Made by a program: the position numbers and the translations under genes
Shown here: in pieces, positions 1 to 13,028 of the stretch
How the letters are laid out: every line of letters begins with the position of its first letter
Numbering within the stretch: position 1 is the stretch's first letter
Assembly (NCBI GenBank): GCA_013239625.1
Contig: MU054338.1
Location: 5,432,724 to 5,496,723 of the forward strand
Origin: Lama guanicoe
Lineage: Eukaryota
Direction of reading: 5' to 3'
Length of the DNA: 64,000 bases
The notes under the pieces: model-generated
Told to the model about the DNA's origin: nothing
The model's input: the letters and a program-made list of their open reading frames with translations, nothing else
The model's database searches: none

Positions 1-54
1 GTAAATCAGCTATAGTTCAATTTAAAAAATTTTTTAATTAAAATTTTTAAAATT

Positions 55-197
55 AATTTTCTTTTTTTCTTGTTTGAGGTGGGGAGGTAATTAGGTTCAC
101 TTATTTATTTATTCACTTGATGGAGGTACTGGGGATTGAACCCAGGACTTCATGCATGCTAACCATGCGCTCTATCATTGAGCTATACCCTCCCACC
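55..197 (-). mobile_element. tRNA-derived SINE (vic-1-like)
   Basis: Reverse complement of GGGAGGGTATAGCTCA...GGTAGAG...CCTGGGTTCAATCCCCAGTACCTCC...CCTAATTACCTCCCC. Confidence 0.85.
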
Positions 198-224
198 TTT
201 AACTAAAAAAAAATTTTTAAAGCT

Positions 225-933
225 CTGGGGAACCTGGATAATTGACCCCCTGAGTGACCTGTCTTCCCTTCCTGCACCCTAATTCCCGCTCTTATGCTTT
301 AAATTCACCAGTAAAGAATGAACACACGAAACTCCCACCTTTAGACTCTAACAAAGGCAGAGCCCCATGTCTGGCCTCCCTCCCTTCCTCCCTCCCCGCG
401 ATCTTGCTGCAGAGCCCTCAGGGACCTGCATGTACCCTCCAGGACCTGTGAGTAATAGATCTTGTCCCTCAAAGATCCCTGATGGGTTCTGCTGAAGTAC
501 ATCCTGCGATCATTGTAAGACAAAGAAGGGCCGGTCCAGCCACAAAGCTGGCTCCAATCAGTCAGGAAAGGGCTTGTGGCAAGTAGGAGGGGAGTGCCCC
601 AGGCATTGCTCTCCAAGAGAATCCCTGATGATGGGCCAGATAACAGTCAGTGAGGACTCCCCCAAGGCTCCCGGAAATTATTCAAACTAGTCATTTCCCT
701 GCCTGTTCACCCTGCCTCACTTATTTCTTCTGGTGGAAACCACAATAAAAGCTCTCACCCATGCTGTTTCCTCTCCCCCCTGCCTCCTGTCTGACCCTGG
801 TGCTTCTCCGGGTAGCCCTGCATGGCAGGCTCTGCCCCTCCTTCTGGGCTCTGTGAGTAACAAAGCATTTTGTGAATGGCCGTCATGTTCTGATATGTTT
901 GCCTCATTGTACCTGCATCACATAAAGCCTACA
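225..933 (+). mobile_element. Probable ERV solo-LTR relic
   Basis: LTR-like layout, AATAAA at 744-749, ends ...CTACA; no TSD seen. Confidence 0.4.
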
Positions 934-1270
934 TTTTGAAACAGAGTGGAGACCAACCAGCTTCCATCTCAAAGAGGAAGAAGACCTGACAGATGAGGGG
1001 GTCTACTGGCCCAGGACTCCAGGAGGCACTGCCCCAGTCCTGCTCCTCTTCGCAGAAGCCTGTCCTCCTGCCCCGCCCCTGCTGTTCCCTGCTCTGGATC
1101 CCAGGGAGCCAGGGGCAGAGTGGCCCAGCGGGCACCCAGGGCTGGGTCCCCAGCTTCTACCTTTTCTGGATGGGCGCTCCACCACAGAGGAGGGGCTGTA
1201 GCAGAGACCTCCAGGCTACCCTGGCAGAGGAAGACAGAGGCCCAGAGACAGGCAGACGATGTGAAGTAAC

Positions 1271-1276
1271 TTTAAT
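1271..1276 (-). terminator. Candidate CD320 poly(A) signal ATTAAA
   Basis: tttaat on + strand about 260 nt past the stop. Confidence 0.5.
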
Positions 1277-1537
1277 TACCACCCTCAGAGTAGGCAGCAG
1301 TAGGGGCTGGGGGCAGCCCCTCAGTTCTGGCTGTGGCATGTCCCCCATCCAGGCTCCTCATGTCCAGGGGAGGGTCTGGGTGCCTTCAGCCTCCAGGGCC
1401 ACATCTGCAGGAGCTCAGGTACTCAGCGCCACATGGCCAGAAGAACCCAGGTCTTCTCCTGTTGAGCCAGCAGCCATGTGCGTGTCTCCATACCTGGCAT
1501 AGTCGGAGACCAGAGATCTGGTGGCCAGAGCTTATCC

Positions 1538-1677
1538 TCAGAGCACTGAGGTCGTCCTCTCTGAATGCAGAGGCCCCTTCACAGCCACCAGCAGCCCCAG
1601 TGAGGACAGGCATCCCTGGGCATAGAGCCGCAACAACACAAAGAGGATGGCAGCCGCCAGACCTACACTTAGCACCA
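1538..1677 (-). CDS. CD320: CD320 exon 5, transmembrane segment and cytoplasmic tail
   Basis: VVLSVGLAAAILFVLLRLYAQ...SERTTSVL*; TGA at 1540-1538. Confidence 0.88.
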
Positions 1678-1831
1678 CTGTGGGGGAAGAGAGACAGGAG
1701 CGGGTGAAGGGGTGGCAGGGGCCTCCCCCAACCACCAAGCTCCTACACATGGGAAAGGAGAGGCTGCAGCCTGTCCGCTCCCAGGAGCAGCTGCTCCAAG
1801 CCCCAGGAAGGGGAGGGCCTGTTCCTCTTAC

Positions 1832-1990
1832 CAGCAGCTGCAATAACCCCATAGGCGCTTCGGTTTCCAGACTGAACTGAGCTCTGGTCCTTCATAGGGG
1901 TGACTGTGGAATTCCTGAGATAAGGGGTACTCTCCAGGGTCACAGAGGTCCCCATGGACGTGGCACTCCCTTCCTGGAGGGGCTTGGTTC
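1832..1990 (-). CDS. CD320: CD320 exon 4, Ser/Thr-rich stalk
   Basis: GTKPLQEGSATSMGTSVTLES...AYGVIAAA; ttgcag acceptor, GTAAGA donor. Confidence 0.88.
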
Positions 1991-2269
1991 CTGCAATAAG
2001 TCCAGGCACTAAGGTGCTGGGGAGGGAGCACACAGGACCTGGGAGGATGAACTGGTGTTCCAGGTGCCCAGGGCGGACTTGGGGGCTCACCCTCCATCCC
2101 AGACTGAGTGAGGATGGTGCACCCTGCTGCCCGAGGGTCCCCCCACAGCCCCCATGGGAATGTAGACACAGGCAGACACACATGTCCATACTCCCAGCCC
2201 CGTCATACACTGGAAGGCACTAGGCATCCCTGTCTAACAACCGACCCACCCCACGCCACAGGCACACAC

Positions 2270-2473
2270 CACAGCCAAGCTCGTCGCTGGAGTCAGAGCA
2301 GTCCGGGTGGCCATCGCAGAGCCATGTGTGTGGGATGCAGGCATCGCCCAGCGCGCAGTGTAGCTCCCCCTCCGGGCAGAGTGGGGGCCCGCAGTTGACA
2401 TTCTTGTTAATGCCACCAGGGCAGTCAGCGAGGCTGCCACAAGAGCAGGGGCTGCCAGTGGGTGGCTCAATAC
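2270..2473 (-). CDS. CD320: CD320 exon 3, Cys-rich linker and second LDLR-A domain
   Basis: IEPPTGSPCSCGSLADCPGG...CIPHTWLCDGHPDCSDSSDELGC; AG/GT boundaries; 204 nt, phase 1-1. Confidence 0.9.
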
Positions 2474-2804
2474 CTGGGGTACAGGCTCAGTCAGGTCCCA
2501 AAACACCCACCCAAGAGGGCCCAGGTACTTCCCACTGCCCAGCCCCAGCAAGCCCCACCTTCCAAGAACAACTGACCCCATAAGGCCGGCCCATCCTAAA
2601 GGTTCCGCCCTCTGTTTCTGCTAGCCCCACCTTCCAAGGACCCACCTCCCTGTAAGCCCTTTCTTCCAAGACACCACTAACTCTGCCTCCCTGTAAACCC
2701 ACCTCTTAACCCGGAGATCCACACCTCCCTCCCTCCACACAGGCCCCGCCCACCCTGCCTCCACCCAGAGTGCCTTCCCTGGAAACCACACCCCCTCCAC
2801 AAAC

Positions 2805-2842
<38 letters not shown>

Positions 2843-2856
2843 ACCCCCCCCCCCCC
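2805..2856. repeat. Poly-C homopolymer, about 50 nt
   Basis: Seen directly; one internal A. Confidence 0.95.
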
Positions 2857-2864
2857 GGGCCGCA

Positions 2865-2974
2865 ACTGCCATCTGGGCAGTCCTGGTCACCGTCGCAGCG
2901 CCACATAAGGGGTATGCAGTGGCCCTCGGTCCGGCACTGAAATTCGGTGGACGGGCACAAGCCTGCGCTGGGAT
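2865..2974 (-). CDS. CD320: CD320 exon 2, first LDLR-A domain (3' end lost at the poly-G run)
   Basis: Acceptor tctcag; [37 protein letters not shown]; expected DEEEC and donor are absent. Confidence 0.85.
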
Positions 2975-5478
2975 CTGAGAGACACACATTAGTGAGGCCT
3001 GGGCACTCCGGCCCCTCCTCTAGAAGCAGGCTGTGACCACCAGGAGACAGGTCAGGTCCCAGGAACTACACTGGTGGTCACGCTTTGCTCAGGACGCCGA
3101 CTTGGCTTGGAGCCGAGCAGTTCACAGACACACTAAGGGCCCTACCGGGCAGAGCCTACCGCCATGCCCATTCTGCAGACAGCACTTAGGAGAGGTAAGC
3201 CCTAGGCTGCAAGCTGGCGGCAAAGTCAGGGTTCGAACCCAGGTCTCACTGACACCGGGGTCTTTACCCAACTCCAAATGGCCACATGGTCTCCCCAGGA
3301 GGCTCTCCAAGTTCCAGGCTTAAACAGACTAGGGGAGGGGCCATCTCAGAGCCTGTCCTGGCCCAGGTCCATGGTCAGGGTCAGGAAAGCCTGTTTTATC
3401 CCAGCTGCTTAGCAAAAGGGAAACTGAGGCCTTGGGTAGAGGACCTGCTTAGTCACCATGGCTTATTGACTCACCTGCTAAATTCCTCTCAGATCTGACC
3501 ACTTTCCCCATCGTGAATGTGGAAACTTCTCCCCATATTCCTAACCCCATCTCCACTCAGACACCAGAGACCTCTCAGCGTTATCCCATTAGGTCACTCA
3601 TCTTTGCCTCCCCTTTGCTCAAAACCATCCCTCAGTCCCCTGACTCTCTCACAACCAACCCTACATACATCCTCCGTGTGGCCAGCAAGGTCTGGCCAGC
3701 CCTGAACTCTTCCTAGACCTCGCCTCCTCTTCTTCTCCCTCTGACCTGGCCTCCTTGCTGCTTCTCCAAGAGACCTGGCTGGATTCCACTCCAGGGCTTT
3801 TGCCCATGCTGTTCCCCAGCTCAGGACACCCTTTCCTCCCTTCCCTCTGCAGGTGCTGATTTCCTCCTCAGACTTCCCGTCTCAGCTTATTTCCTGGGAG
3901 GGGTCTCACATCCCCTCTCAGAGACCACTGAAGCTCGGCCTCCCATTTAGAACAATAGCCCTTGAACTGGTACCCACGTAGACAGGACACTAAGTGGTCG
4001 TTAGGACCATGACCTTTTGATTGTAAGCACAGGGCGGTGCCTAATGATAAATGGACCCAGATCACACCATGGTCTGGGCCGAGTCCAGGGGAGATCTGAG
4101 CCTTCCTGGACCCTAAGCAGAAGAACTTTGGAAGCTGGACCAGCACGCAGGAGTCTTGGGACAGAGGAAGGGTGTGGCCTTTATGGCTTCCTCATGGGGG
4201 CAGCAGAACAGGTACCAGATACCTGGCTTGGCCCCAGCCTGGCCGCACTCCATTAGATCCTGGTCCTCCTACCCCATCCACCACAGGGGCCCAAGCCTCC
4301 AAGCCCTCCACTCCCCACTGCCAGCCCCTCTGCAGGCCGGCCTCCAGGCCCAACTGCACCTGTGGGCCCCATAGTCCCTGAGCTCTGTGGAGCGAGGAAG
4401 AGCCATGGACAACCTGGAGCCGACTTCCTTCCCTGCCCACGGGGGTCTGGCAGCTGACAGGTGTGGCTTCCTCTCCAGACCACTCTAGCCACTCTCAGTG
4501 GCAACCTCTAACCTCCCTCCCTGGCCTGCTGGAGTGTGTGTCCTGCAAAGTGGACAGCAGAGCAGAGGGGACCCAGCCTCACAGGGCTGTGGTTTGGAGC
4601 CACCAGTGATTTCCCTTCCCAGCCTCAATTTCCTCACCTGTTAAAAGGGCATGCTAGGAGTCCCTACCTCAGTGTCCTGAAGAGAAGAGACTGCTTGTGT
4701 GTAAAGAGTTTGGCACTTGGTTAAGTGAGTCTTGCCTCCTTGAAGGAACCAGGAACATTTAGCCTGAAAAGGCAGGGGCTTTGGGGTGAGGTGGGGATAA
4801 CCAGAGAAGACGGGAACCCACGGAGAAGTGGCTAAGTGTATGAACCTGAGCTCACAGCTGAAAGTCAGGGGCACCTGTGAGCACAGGGAGGTCACTCTAA
4901 AGGTCCCAGCTGCCCCTGGGAACCTCAGAGAGGGCCACCAACATCACTTAGGCCAGGGTGAACTTGTCCAAGGGCCTGGGGTCACGAGAAGGGAGACCTT
5001 TCTTTCTCTAAGGTCGGAGGAGGAAGGTGCTGAGATTGGGAAGGCGGGAGACGGTCACCAAGGGAACTCGGCCACATGGCTCCAAGCTCAGACGCCAGGG
5101 CAAGGAAGGCCGCAGGAGGTGCCAGGTGACTACCCCTGTATGGTTGGAGTTTGTACAACCAGAACGTGCAACGAGATTTCCTGCCCACTCTGGGGTGAAG
5201 GGCGGCTTAGAGGTGACAATGAGGCATGACAAAGCAGGGCAGGTACGGGGGTGTGAGCAGAGCTGAAGCAAAGTAGTCAAAGGTGGGCAGAGCAACCCAG
5301 CGGGAGGATCCCCCATTTGGGATAGCTTGCAGGCGGGCCAGGTGCCCCTCAAAGCCGCGTGAGGGGGGAGTGTTCGGGACGGACTGCAGCGCAGCCAATG
5401 ATGAGGCGTCGCTGGCGGGCGGGGGTGGAACTAGGCTACTGGAGTGGAGGGCGCGTGGGCTGCACGGAGCGCACTCAC

Positions 5479-5605
5479 CTGGGGCCTGGGTCAAGGACCA
5501 GGTCGGGACCGAGGTCGGGACGGCCTCACCGCCCAGCCCGAAGCCGAGCAGCAGCCGCAGCGCCAGGCCCAGGGCTGTTGCCTGCCGCACTCGGCCGCGC
5601 GTCAT
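5479..5605 (-). CDS. CD320: CD320 (transcobalamin receptor) exon 1, signal peptide
   Basis: ATG at 5605; MTRGRVRQATALGLALRLLLGFGLG...; donor CAG|GTGAGT at 5478; lies in a CpG island. Confidence 0.9.
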
Positions 5606-5740
5606 CCTGCCGCTGAACGAATTGCCCTGCCCGGCGGCAGCTCAGGCCCCGCGCGGTCGGGCGCGCTTGTATCTCCGCGCACGCATGCGCACAGGTCTGA
5701 GGCTACCGTAAATATCTGAATACGGGGGGGCTCACGATTT
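5606..5740 (-). promoter_or_regulatory. CD320 CpG-island promoter with NRF1-like motif
   Basis: CpG dense; CGCATGCGCA at 5682-5691. Confidence 0.6.
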
Positions 5741-6012
5741 GAGGCTCTCTCCCACTTTTCCCAGTGTCAAGGTACATCGAAAGGTATGCAGCCTATTTTA
5801 AATTAGAAACTTCTGGAGATGCACACAAATTTGCCGGTGTCTATTTAAAATATTTAACCTTCCAATGCATCCTGAACCAAATGTTGATGCTTAGTTATCC
5901 TGTTAAATATGGCAGCCACTCACCTCAGGCACTTTCTATCCCCTCCTTCCCCCTGCCCACACACCCCCCCCCCCGCCCCCGCTTCTTTTGTGCACTTGAC
6001 TTTTTATTTTAC

Positions 6013-6437
6013 ATTTTTTAAAAATTGGAATATAGTCAGTTTACAGTGTTGTGGCCATTTCTGGTGTACAGCATGTTTCAGTCATATATATGCGTATGTA
6101 TACTCATTTTCAAATTCTTTTCTATTATAGTTTACTACAAGATTCAATATAGTTCCCTGTGCTACACAGAAGAAACTTGTTTATCTGTTTTACATATAGT
6201 AGTTAGTATCTGCAAATCTGGAACTCCCAATTTATCCCTTCCCATCCCCTTTCCCCCCTGGTAACCCTGAGTTTGTTTTCTGTGTCTGAGAGTGTTTCTG
6301 TTTTGTAAATAAGTTCATTTGTGTCTTTTTTTTTTTTTAAGATTTCACATCAGTGTTATCATATGGTATTTTTCTTTCTCTTTCTGCCTTACTTCACTTA
6401 GAATGATGATGTCTAGTTCCATCCATGTTGCTGCAAA
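6013..6437 (-). mobile_element. L1 3' end
   Basis: Reverse complement of the L1 ORF2 end/3'UTR (ttgcagcaacatggatgg...aagtgaagtaag). Confidence 0.8.
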
Positions 6438-8256
6438 CACCTGACATTATATATTTTATTTACTTCCTTTGGTTTATTGTAATTCCCCATTAGAACGTCA
6501 GGCCCAGGAAGATGGGAATGCTGTGTTGCTTCTTGGAGCCCCAGTGCCTAGATCAGAGCCTGATGCATAGTAGCCTCTTAAACATAGTAGATGAATAAAT
6601 GATGGAAATGTCCAGTTCTTGGCTTTCATCCTGGGTCCTCTGTTCCTTGAACAATCGTGGATCTCCTCACCAACACTCACTGTCTCGTGGTCCTCATAGA
6701 CCCCCTCCCAGGGAGGTGCGTCTTACACTCTACTTCTGGAGCAAGACCTCCAAAGGTAGACTGGATTTCCTCCTCTCACACTCATTCCCTAGGCACAAAA
6801 TACAAACCTTCTGAGGGTTTTTTTAGTCAACTGGCTGCTGTATGTTCTTCTGGGAAATAAATATTTTATCTACAGCTCTGCCCTCAGGAGAAGCAGCACT
6901 GCTGCCAGCAGGGCCCCCGCACAAGTCACTGTCCTCAGCGTTGAGACATCTGTGCAAGTGTTCACTACCCCCAGGTTTCCTGTGAAGCAACAGTAAAAGG
7001 TCCAGCTTTTCACAGAAGGTGCTCTATTTGCAGGTTGATGGCGTGCTTACTATTCGAAAATGTTGGAGGTTAGAACTGCTATTTGTATATCATGATCTCC
7101 AATTCCCAGGAGCAATAGGGTAAGAGGTAAAAGTGCACTGGCACAGGGGCAGAGGGAAAGGGCGGCAAATAGGACTGCCTGCCTGCGGGGGGGGAGAGTG
7201 TCCTGCTCCACCTGTGAGGCTCAGGTTGGGAGCTGGGGCCCAGGGAGGGATGTTGAAGAAGAAACTGACAACGTGTAGAGTTTGAGTGCAGACGCATCCG
7301 AGACTGGGTTAGGAACCAGCTCTCAGTGAGCTGAGGGGTTTCCTGGTCTCCCCACACTGGAGGTGTCTGCCTTCATTCCTTCTGCACCCCCTTTCCAGAT
7401 TTCAAGTCTGGGTCATGAAACTTTACTCAGAAATCTTTGATGGCACGCCTTGCCTGGGGTCTTTAGATGCCCCCGCCAATGTGACCCTCCTTGTGGCCTC
7501 TGCACTCTGCCCAGCCTTCCTCTCTCTCCTGATCTTACTGAATCCGATTCATCCTTTGTGCCAGCCAGAATCCCACCTCCTCCAGGAAGCCTTCCCAGGG
7601 GCTTTTTCCTTCAGATGAGCATTTAGCATCTGTACCACCTATTCCTGGGGCACTTATACCTCTCGCCTGGAACTCTGACTCTTCTCCTGCCTTGCTCCAA
7701 GCTTGAGGGCAGGATGGTCCCCCACAACATTCCCCACTTGAGGCCACTGCGCAGCTCCCCTTCGCTCCCCACAACCAGATGGAGGTCGCTTCCTCTCTTG
7801 GGCTGACTCCGCCTTGCCCCCCAGGCTGGAGCACAATGGTTTCTGGCTTTCTTGCTCAGGAGGTCTTCCCCACTGGTCCCAGGTGAGCCTTCCATATGAG
7901 CCACCTCCTTGTCCCCTACTGTCCCCGCTGAGCTGAGCGGCAGGGTGGTCAAGGTCAGGCGGGGGATGCAGTGGGAGGGGGCCGGTGACTGTCCACGTGA
8001 GCCTTGGCTAGGGGAGTTCTCCCGAGTGGGAGAGGGGAGTGAGCAGTGTCTGTTCCGGCCCCTTGGCCTTTCCGGTCAGTCCTCCACAAATACCCAGAGG
8101 TCCTGGAACCCACTCGCTGTTCTCGTGGTGAGAGCCAGTCCCTCAGGGAAGGGATGGTGACATATCTGTGCCCAGTGACAACATGTCATCCTGGAGCTTG
8201 AGAATCATTGTCCTCCCCTGCTCCTGGAGCTCTCATGGGATTGAGATTCAGCACCA

Positions 8257-8418
8257 GCAGGGAGGGCAGAGCTCAGTGGTAGAGTGTCTGCTTAGCGTGC
8301 ATGAGGTCCTGGGTTCAATCCCCAGTACCTCCATTAATGTAAATAAGTAAATAAATAAACCTAATTACTTCCCCCAAAAAACACATAAATAAATAAAAAT
8401 ACCAAAAAAAAAAAAAAA
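8257..8418 (+). mobile_element. tRNA-derived SINE with 13-bp TSD
   Basis: Pol III A/B boxes; A-rich tail; AGATTCAGCACCA at 8244-8256 and 8419-8431. Confidence 0.9.
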
Positions 8419-8514
8419 AGATTCAGCACCAACTTCACCCTGAAATCCAAGTAAGCCCCGCGGGTCCCTTCAAAAGTAAAAACAGAAGCAATCCTGGAGA
8501 ACTCAATATACATT

Positions 8515-8520
8515 TTTATT
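8515..8520 (-). terminator. NDUFA7 poly(A) signal AATAAA
   Basis: tttatt on + strand about 100 nt after the stop. Confidence 0.75.
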
Positions 8521-8623
8521 ATAAATTACATCACGTTCTCCCCAGAGGGAATCCAAGGAGTCCACGGAGGGGGAAGCACTCAGGTGGCTCTGAGGGCTTA
8601 GCCAGGTACCCCAGGGCACAAGG

Positions 8624-8708
8624 TCACAGGTAAGGCTGATCCGTGGACAGCTCCCATCTCTTTATGGGAGGGGCCGGCGTCACCGCTTTCTTCTCGGATA
8701 CAGCTGGG
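8624..8708 (-). CDS. NDUFA7: NDUFA7 exon 4
   Basis: [28 protein letters not shown]; spliced CDS 336 nt = 111 aa. Confidence 0.95.
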
Positions 8709-9877
8709 CTGGAAGATGAAAACAGAATTCAGTTAGGCCCAGGTTCCCAGAGAACAGTGTGGAGGAGTCCGAGGGAGACCCCTGCCCTGGCACGAACACT
8801 TCTGCTGAAGTGGTGGATTGGGAGGCCAGAGCACTCTCCACCCAAAGGGTCAGCTGACAAGCCCCCTTTCTGCCCTGAGCCCATGGTGAACCCCGACACC
8901 GCTGGGCCTGCCCTGCTCTTGGACCCAGAACTAGTGTGAAAGGCTGGGCTCCTCCTCCAACACCCCTCCCCACCTGCACCCCACTCCTGCTGCTCTGGAA
9001 CAGCACACTAGCAAAAGGGCTGAGCAATCAGGTGATGCATGTCCCTGCTCCTCCTTCCCTCGAGTACTGAGCACCTGCTATGTGGCAGGCACTACAAGTG
9101 GCCTCCGCCTAATGGGGCTGAGTTGATATGCAACTGGATAATACACCGTTTGGCCCGTGGTTGGCCCATGGTGAGCCCCAAGAAGACACTGTGCTGGCAA
9201 ATCCAAGGCATGTATCTATCTCACCCCCATCCCTGGCCCTGGGGCCTAGGCCTGCACACACTAGAAGCAAGAAAGGAGAAGGGGCAGGTGGGTGGGATCT
9301 CCTCTCGGAGAAATCCCCCAGGAGCAGGGGTTCCAGGGCCTCCCATCCTCCCAGGAGCCTGAAGGAGGTGGAAGAGGCAGAAGGCAGCCTCCCTAGGAAA
9401 TGCAGACATCCCGGGGGCAGGTGAGGGGTGTGGGGGAGTGGGGCAGCTCACCGGAGCCTGGTGTTGGACTCTGGTGAACCTGGACATGGCAACATGGACA
9501 GTTCACTGAGTTCTAACTGCACAACAGGCCCCGCCTGGCCTCATCACCTTAGAGATCTTCTGCAAGCCCACCATCCCCATCTTCCAGATGAAGACACTGA
9601 GGCTGAAGGCCAAAGGACTGGCCCAAGACCGCACCGCAAGTCAGCTCTAGAGTCCAGACACCACTGGGGGTCTGGGCAAACTGTGAGATTGTGATTCTGC
9701 TACCCGCGGGCTGTGTGGCCCAGGCAGGTCACTTGGCCTCTCTGGGCCTCAATTTCTTTTTCTGCAACAGGGGCCATCACTGCCTAACTCATGGAGTTAT
9801 TAGGAAGTAGATGTGGCACTGACTCCATTCTAAGAGCTTACAAACGTTAAAGATAAGAATTAATTCTCATAATGACT

Positions 9878-10215
9878 CTGCTATAGACTAAAAGTCTGTG
9901 TCCCCTAAAATCCATGCTGGAATTCTATGCCCCCATGTGATGTTGTTAGGAGGTGGAGCTTGGGGAGGTGGCTCATGAAGGTGGGAGGCCTCATGAATGG
10001 GGTTAGTGCCCTTATAAGAAGCCCTAGAGACCCCTTGCCCTTCCAAACACGTAAGGACGTGGCAAGAAGATACCATCTGTGAACCAGGAACGTGCCCCCA
10101 CCAGCCGCTCAATCTGCAGCCACCTTGACCTTGGGCTTCCCAGCCTCCAGAACTGTGAGGAAGAATTTTATTTGTTTTTAAGCCATCAGTCTGTGGTATC
10201 CTGTCATAACAGAAC
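9878..10215 (+). mobile_element. MaLR (MLT1-type) LTR
   Basis: Characteristic ...gtgtcccctaaaat...gcccttataag...cagcctccagaactgtgag...ttaagcc. Confidence 0.75.
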
Positions 10216-10581
10216 TCTCTAAAGTAAACACCATTATTGTCCCTGTTTAATTAAGAGACAATACCTGAGGCCAGGGACAAAACTGGGTTTTAAGGGGCCT
10301 GAGGTTTACATAATCTTCTCTTCAAGAACAATACAAAATTACAAAAACAAAAATGCTTGGGCTTCTTCCAAGACCCTTGAAGGGCACTTGGAGCTTCCTC
10401 TGCTTTGCAGGAAACCCACCCAGGCAGGCTAGGTGGGGATTCAATGAGCTCTCAGATGAGAAGCCCCCAGCAGCACATTTCCTGCCACAGCTGATGCTTG
10501 ATGGCCCTTTGCAAGGACATTTCCTTGCAAAGGACAAGCAAGAAAAAGGGCAGATGGCAGGAGGGTGCTGTGGCCTCCTCA

Positions 10582-10968
<387 letters not shown>

Positions 10969-11684
10969 TCACCTGCCCCAGATGTGGTGGGTATAAATGA
11001 CACTTAAGTCTGGGAAGCCTCCCAAGGAAGCGGGAAGCCCAGATTGGAAACCCAGGTCTGTTCCCATTCCTCCATGGCCCAGCTTGGCAGCTGGCCTCAT
11101 GTTCACCTGCAGGGTCTCGGGAAGTGAAGGGGCAGGGGTCTAAGGCTCTGCCTACCACCTATCCAGAAGTCACAGTCAGTAAATGCTTGGGCAACAGCCT
11201 CAGACTTGGCTCATTCTGAGGGGCTCTGTCCCCAAAGGCCAGGCTACAGAATCTCTGGGTTTCTAGTAATCTCAGGGACTCTCTAGAGAACCCTGCTGGG
11301 ACCAAGGCTTATTACTAAAAGAGCACTTCGTCCACTGAGGTCTCTGCTGCCACCCTGTGGTCACTGCAGCCAGAGGGGGAGCAAGCAGAGCTATGTCCCC
11401 ACTGGGGCTGAATCCTGGGGTCAACATACAAAGTTTGAGTCCTGAAAAGACATTGCTAACCTCCAAACAGAAAATAAGCTTCCCTGGAAACCGCTGCAGA
11501 GAGGGAAGGCAGGAGAAAAGTCATAAAAAGATTGGGTTTTCATTCAACTACATTTTTAACCAATGGTTTTAACCATTCTGGGTTTAGGAGTTTCTTAAAA
11601 CAAGTGATAGCCATTGCATTAAGGGAAAAAAAGAGAAATACGGGTAAAAATAAAGTTTAAAAATTTAATAGAAAAGCAATATCC

Positions 11685-11850
11685 TAAATAAGTAAGGTCC
11701 TACTGTACCACACAGGGAATCATAGTCAGTATCTTGTAACAACCTATAATGAAAAAGCATGTGTATGTATAATTGAATCACTATGCTGTACACCAGAAAC
11801 ACAACATTGTAATTCAAATATACTTCAGTAAGGAAAAAGAAAGAAAAGTA
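11685..11850 (+). mobile_element. 5'-truncated L1 3'UTR fragment in NDUFA7 intron 2
   Basis: aaggtcctactgta...tatgctgtacaccagaaac...tatacttca and A-rich tail. Confidence 0.75.
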
Positions 11851-13028
11851 TGACTAAAAGCAGTATCTTTTGTAGAAGTTAGAATTTACTTAACCCCTGG
11901 AATGCAGAGATGACCCTCTGTGGGAATGGAAGAAGCCTTCTGCAACCTGGCACTGAAAAGGTAAGAACCAGCGCCCAACAGAAAGGCCCAAATGAATTAC
12001 TCAGGGGCATCATTTTCCTTAAAAAGTTGAAAATTTTACAAAACTGTCTCCTCAGCCAGGACACCAAATACCCCAGATGGAAAAGAAATTTAAATTTTTC
12101 GATATTTGGAATTAGGTACAGCATGTAGACATTCACATAAATTTGGTTGTTTTAGTGCTATTTTTCCGCCTTTCATGCCAACCTTCTCTGCTGCTTTACG
12201 TGTGTGTGTGAACACACTGTGGTCCCCTATTCCTCACTATTCCTCAGTGTTTCAGCCACACTGGCCTCCTTCCTACTCTGGCTCTTGTCAGGCTTTGCAG
12301 CCTTGACGCTGACTGTTCCCTCTGCTCAGAATGTTTTTTCAACAATTATCCTTTGGCATTTCAGGTGACTCAAATGTAGATCCCTGAAGAGCCCTTTCCT
12401 GACCACCTGACCTAAGGTAGCCACCCTCCAGCCCATCTCATTTTGTTTTGTCTTCAGAGCATTCCAGAACAATGTTTTTCATTTGCTGTATTTATTTCCC
12501 TACTATCTTATGTTTCTCCCTCTCCGTTGATATGAGCTCCATGAAAGGAATGCGAATAAGAGTTTGTTCGCAGGGGTATCCACAAGGGCTGAGGACATAG
12601 CGGGGGCTTGTAAATATCAAGTAATTTTCAAACTCGAATGGGTTTGAAATTGAGACACCACTGGGTTCAAATCCCAGCTGTCACTTTCTGGGTTTTGAGT
12701 GACTTTAAACAAATGAGTTCATCTCTCCAAACCTCGAAGACTTTCATCTCTAGCTTGGGGATGGTAACAGTGGCAGGCTCACACTGAGGACTGCAAATCA
12801 CACTCAGGACTCCCACACAGAATTCATGCCCAATCTGGCCGTTCCAAGGGCAGCTCTCTTCGACTAGTCCCGCATGATTAAAAGCAAACTTCTGCCTCCA
12901 CAGCCGGCTAGGGGTCTAGGGGCAGGATTTCGGCCCAGCGTTCCAGGGTTTAATAAAAGGACACGGGTCTGTTTTTGGTGGAGGAAGGACATGGGCTGGA
13001 TTCTGGGCAGCGAGCGGGGCCTGCTCAC

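Noticed and set aside
2540..2720. Short repeats AGCCCCACCTTCCAAG and CTCCCTGTAA in CD320 intron 2
   Set aside because: Two or three degenerate copies with irregular spacing; a minisatellite-like relic, not a CRISPR-like array
2621..2989. Poly-glycine ORFs
   Set aside because: Translations of the poly-C/G homopolymer
8260..8335. tRNA-like sequences with A and B boxes (about 17 copies in the window)
   Set aside because: Shared non-tRNA 3' part, A tails and TSDs identify them as SINEs, not tRNA genes
8690..8708. NDUFA7 about 2 aa shorter than the human protein as I recall it
   Set aside because: Small in-frame indel in a variable linker; ordinary divergence
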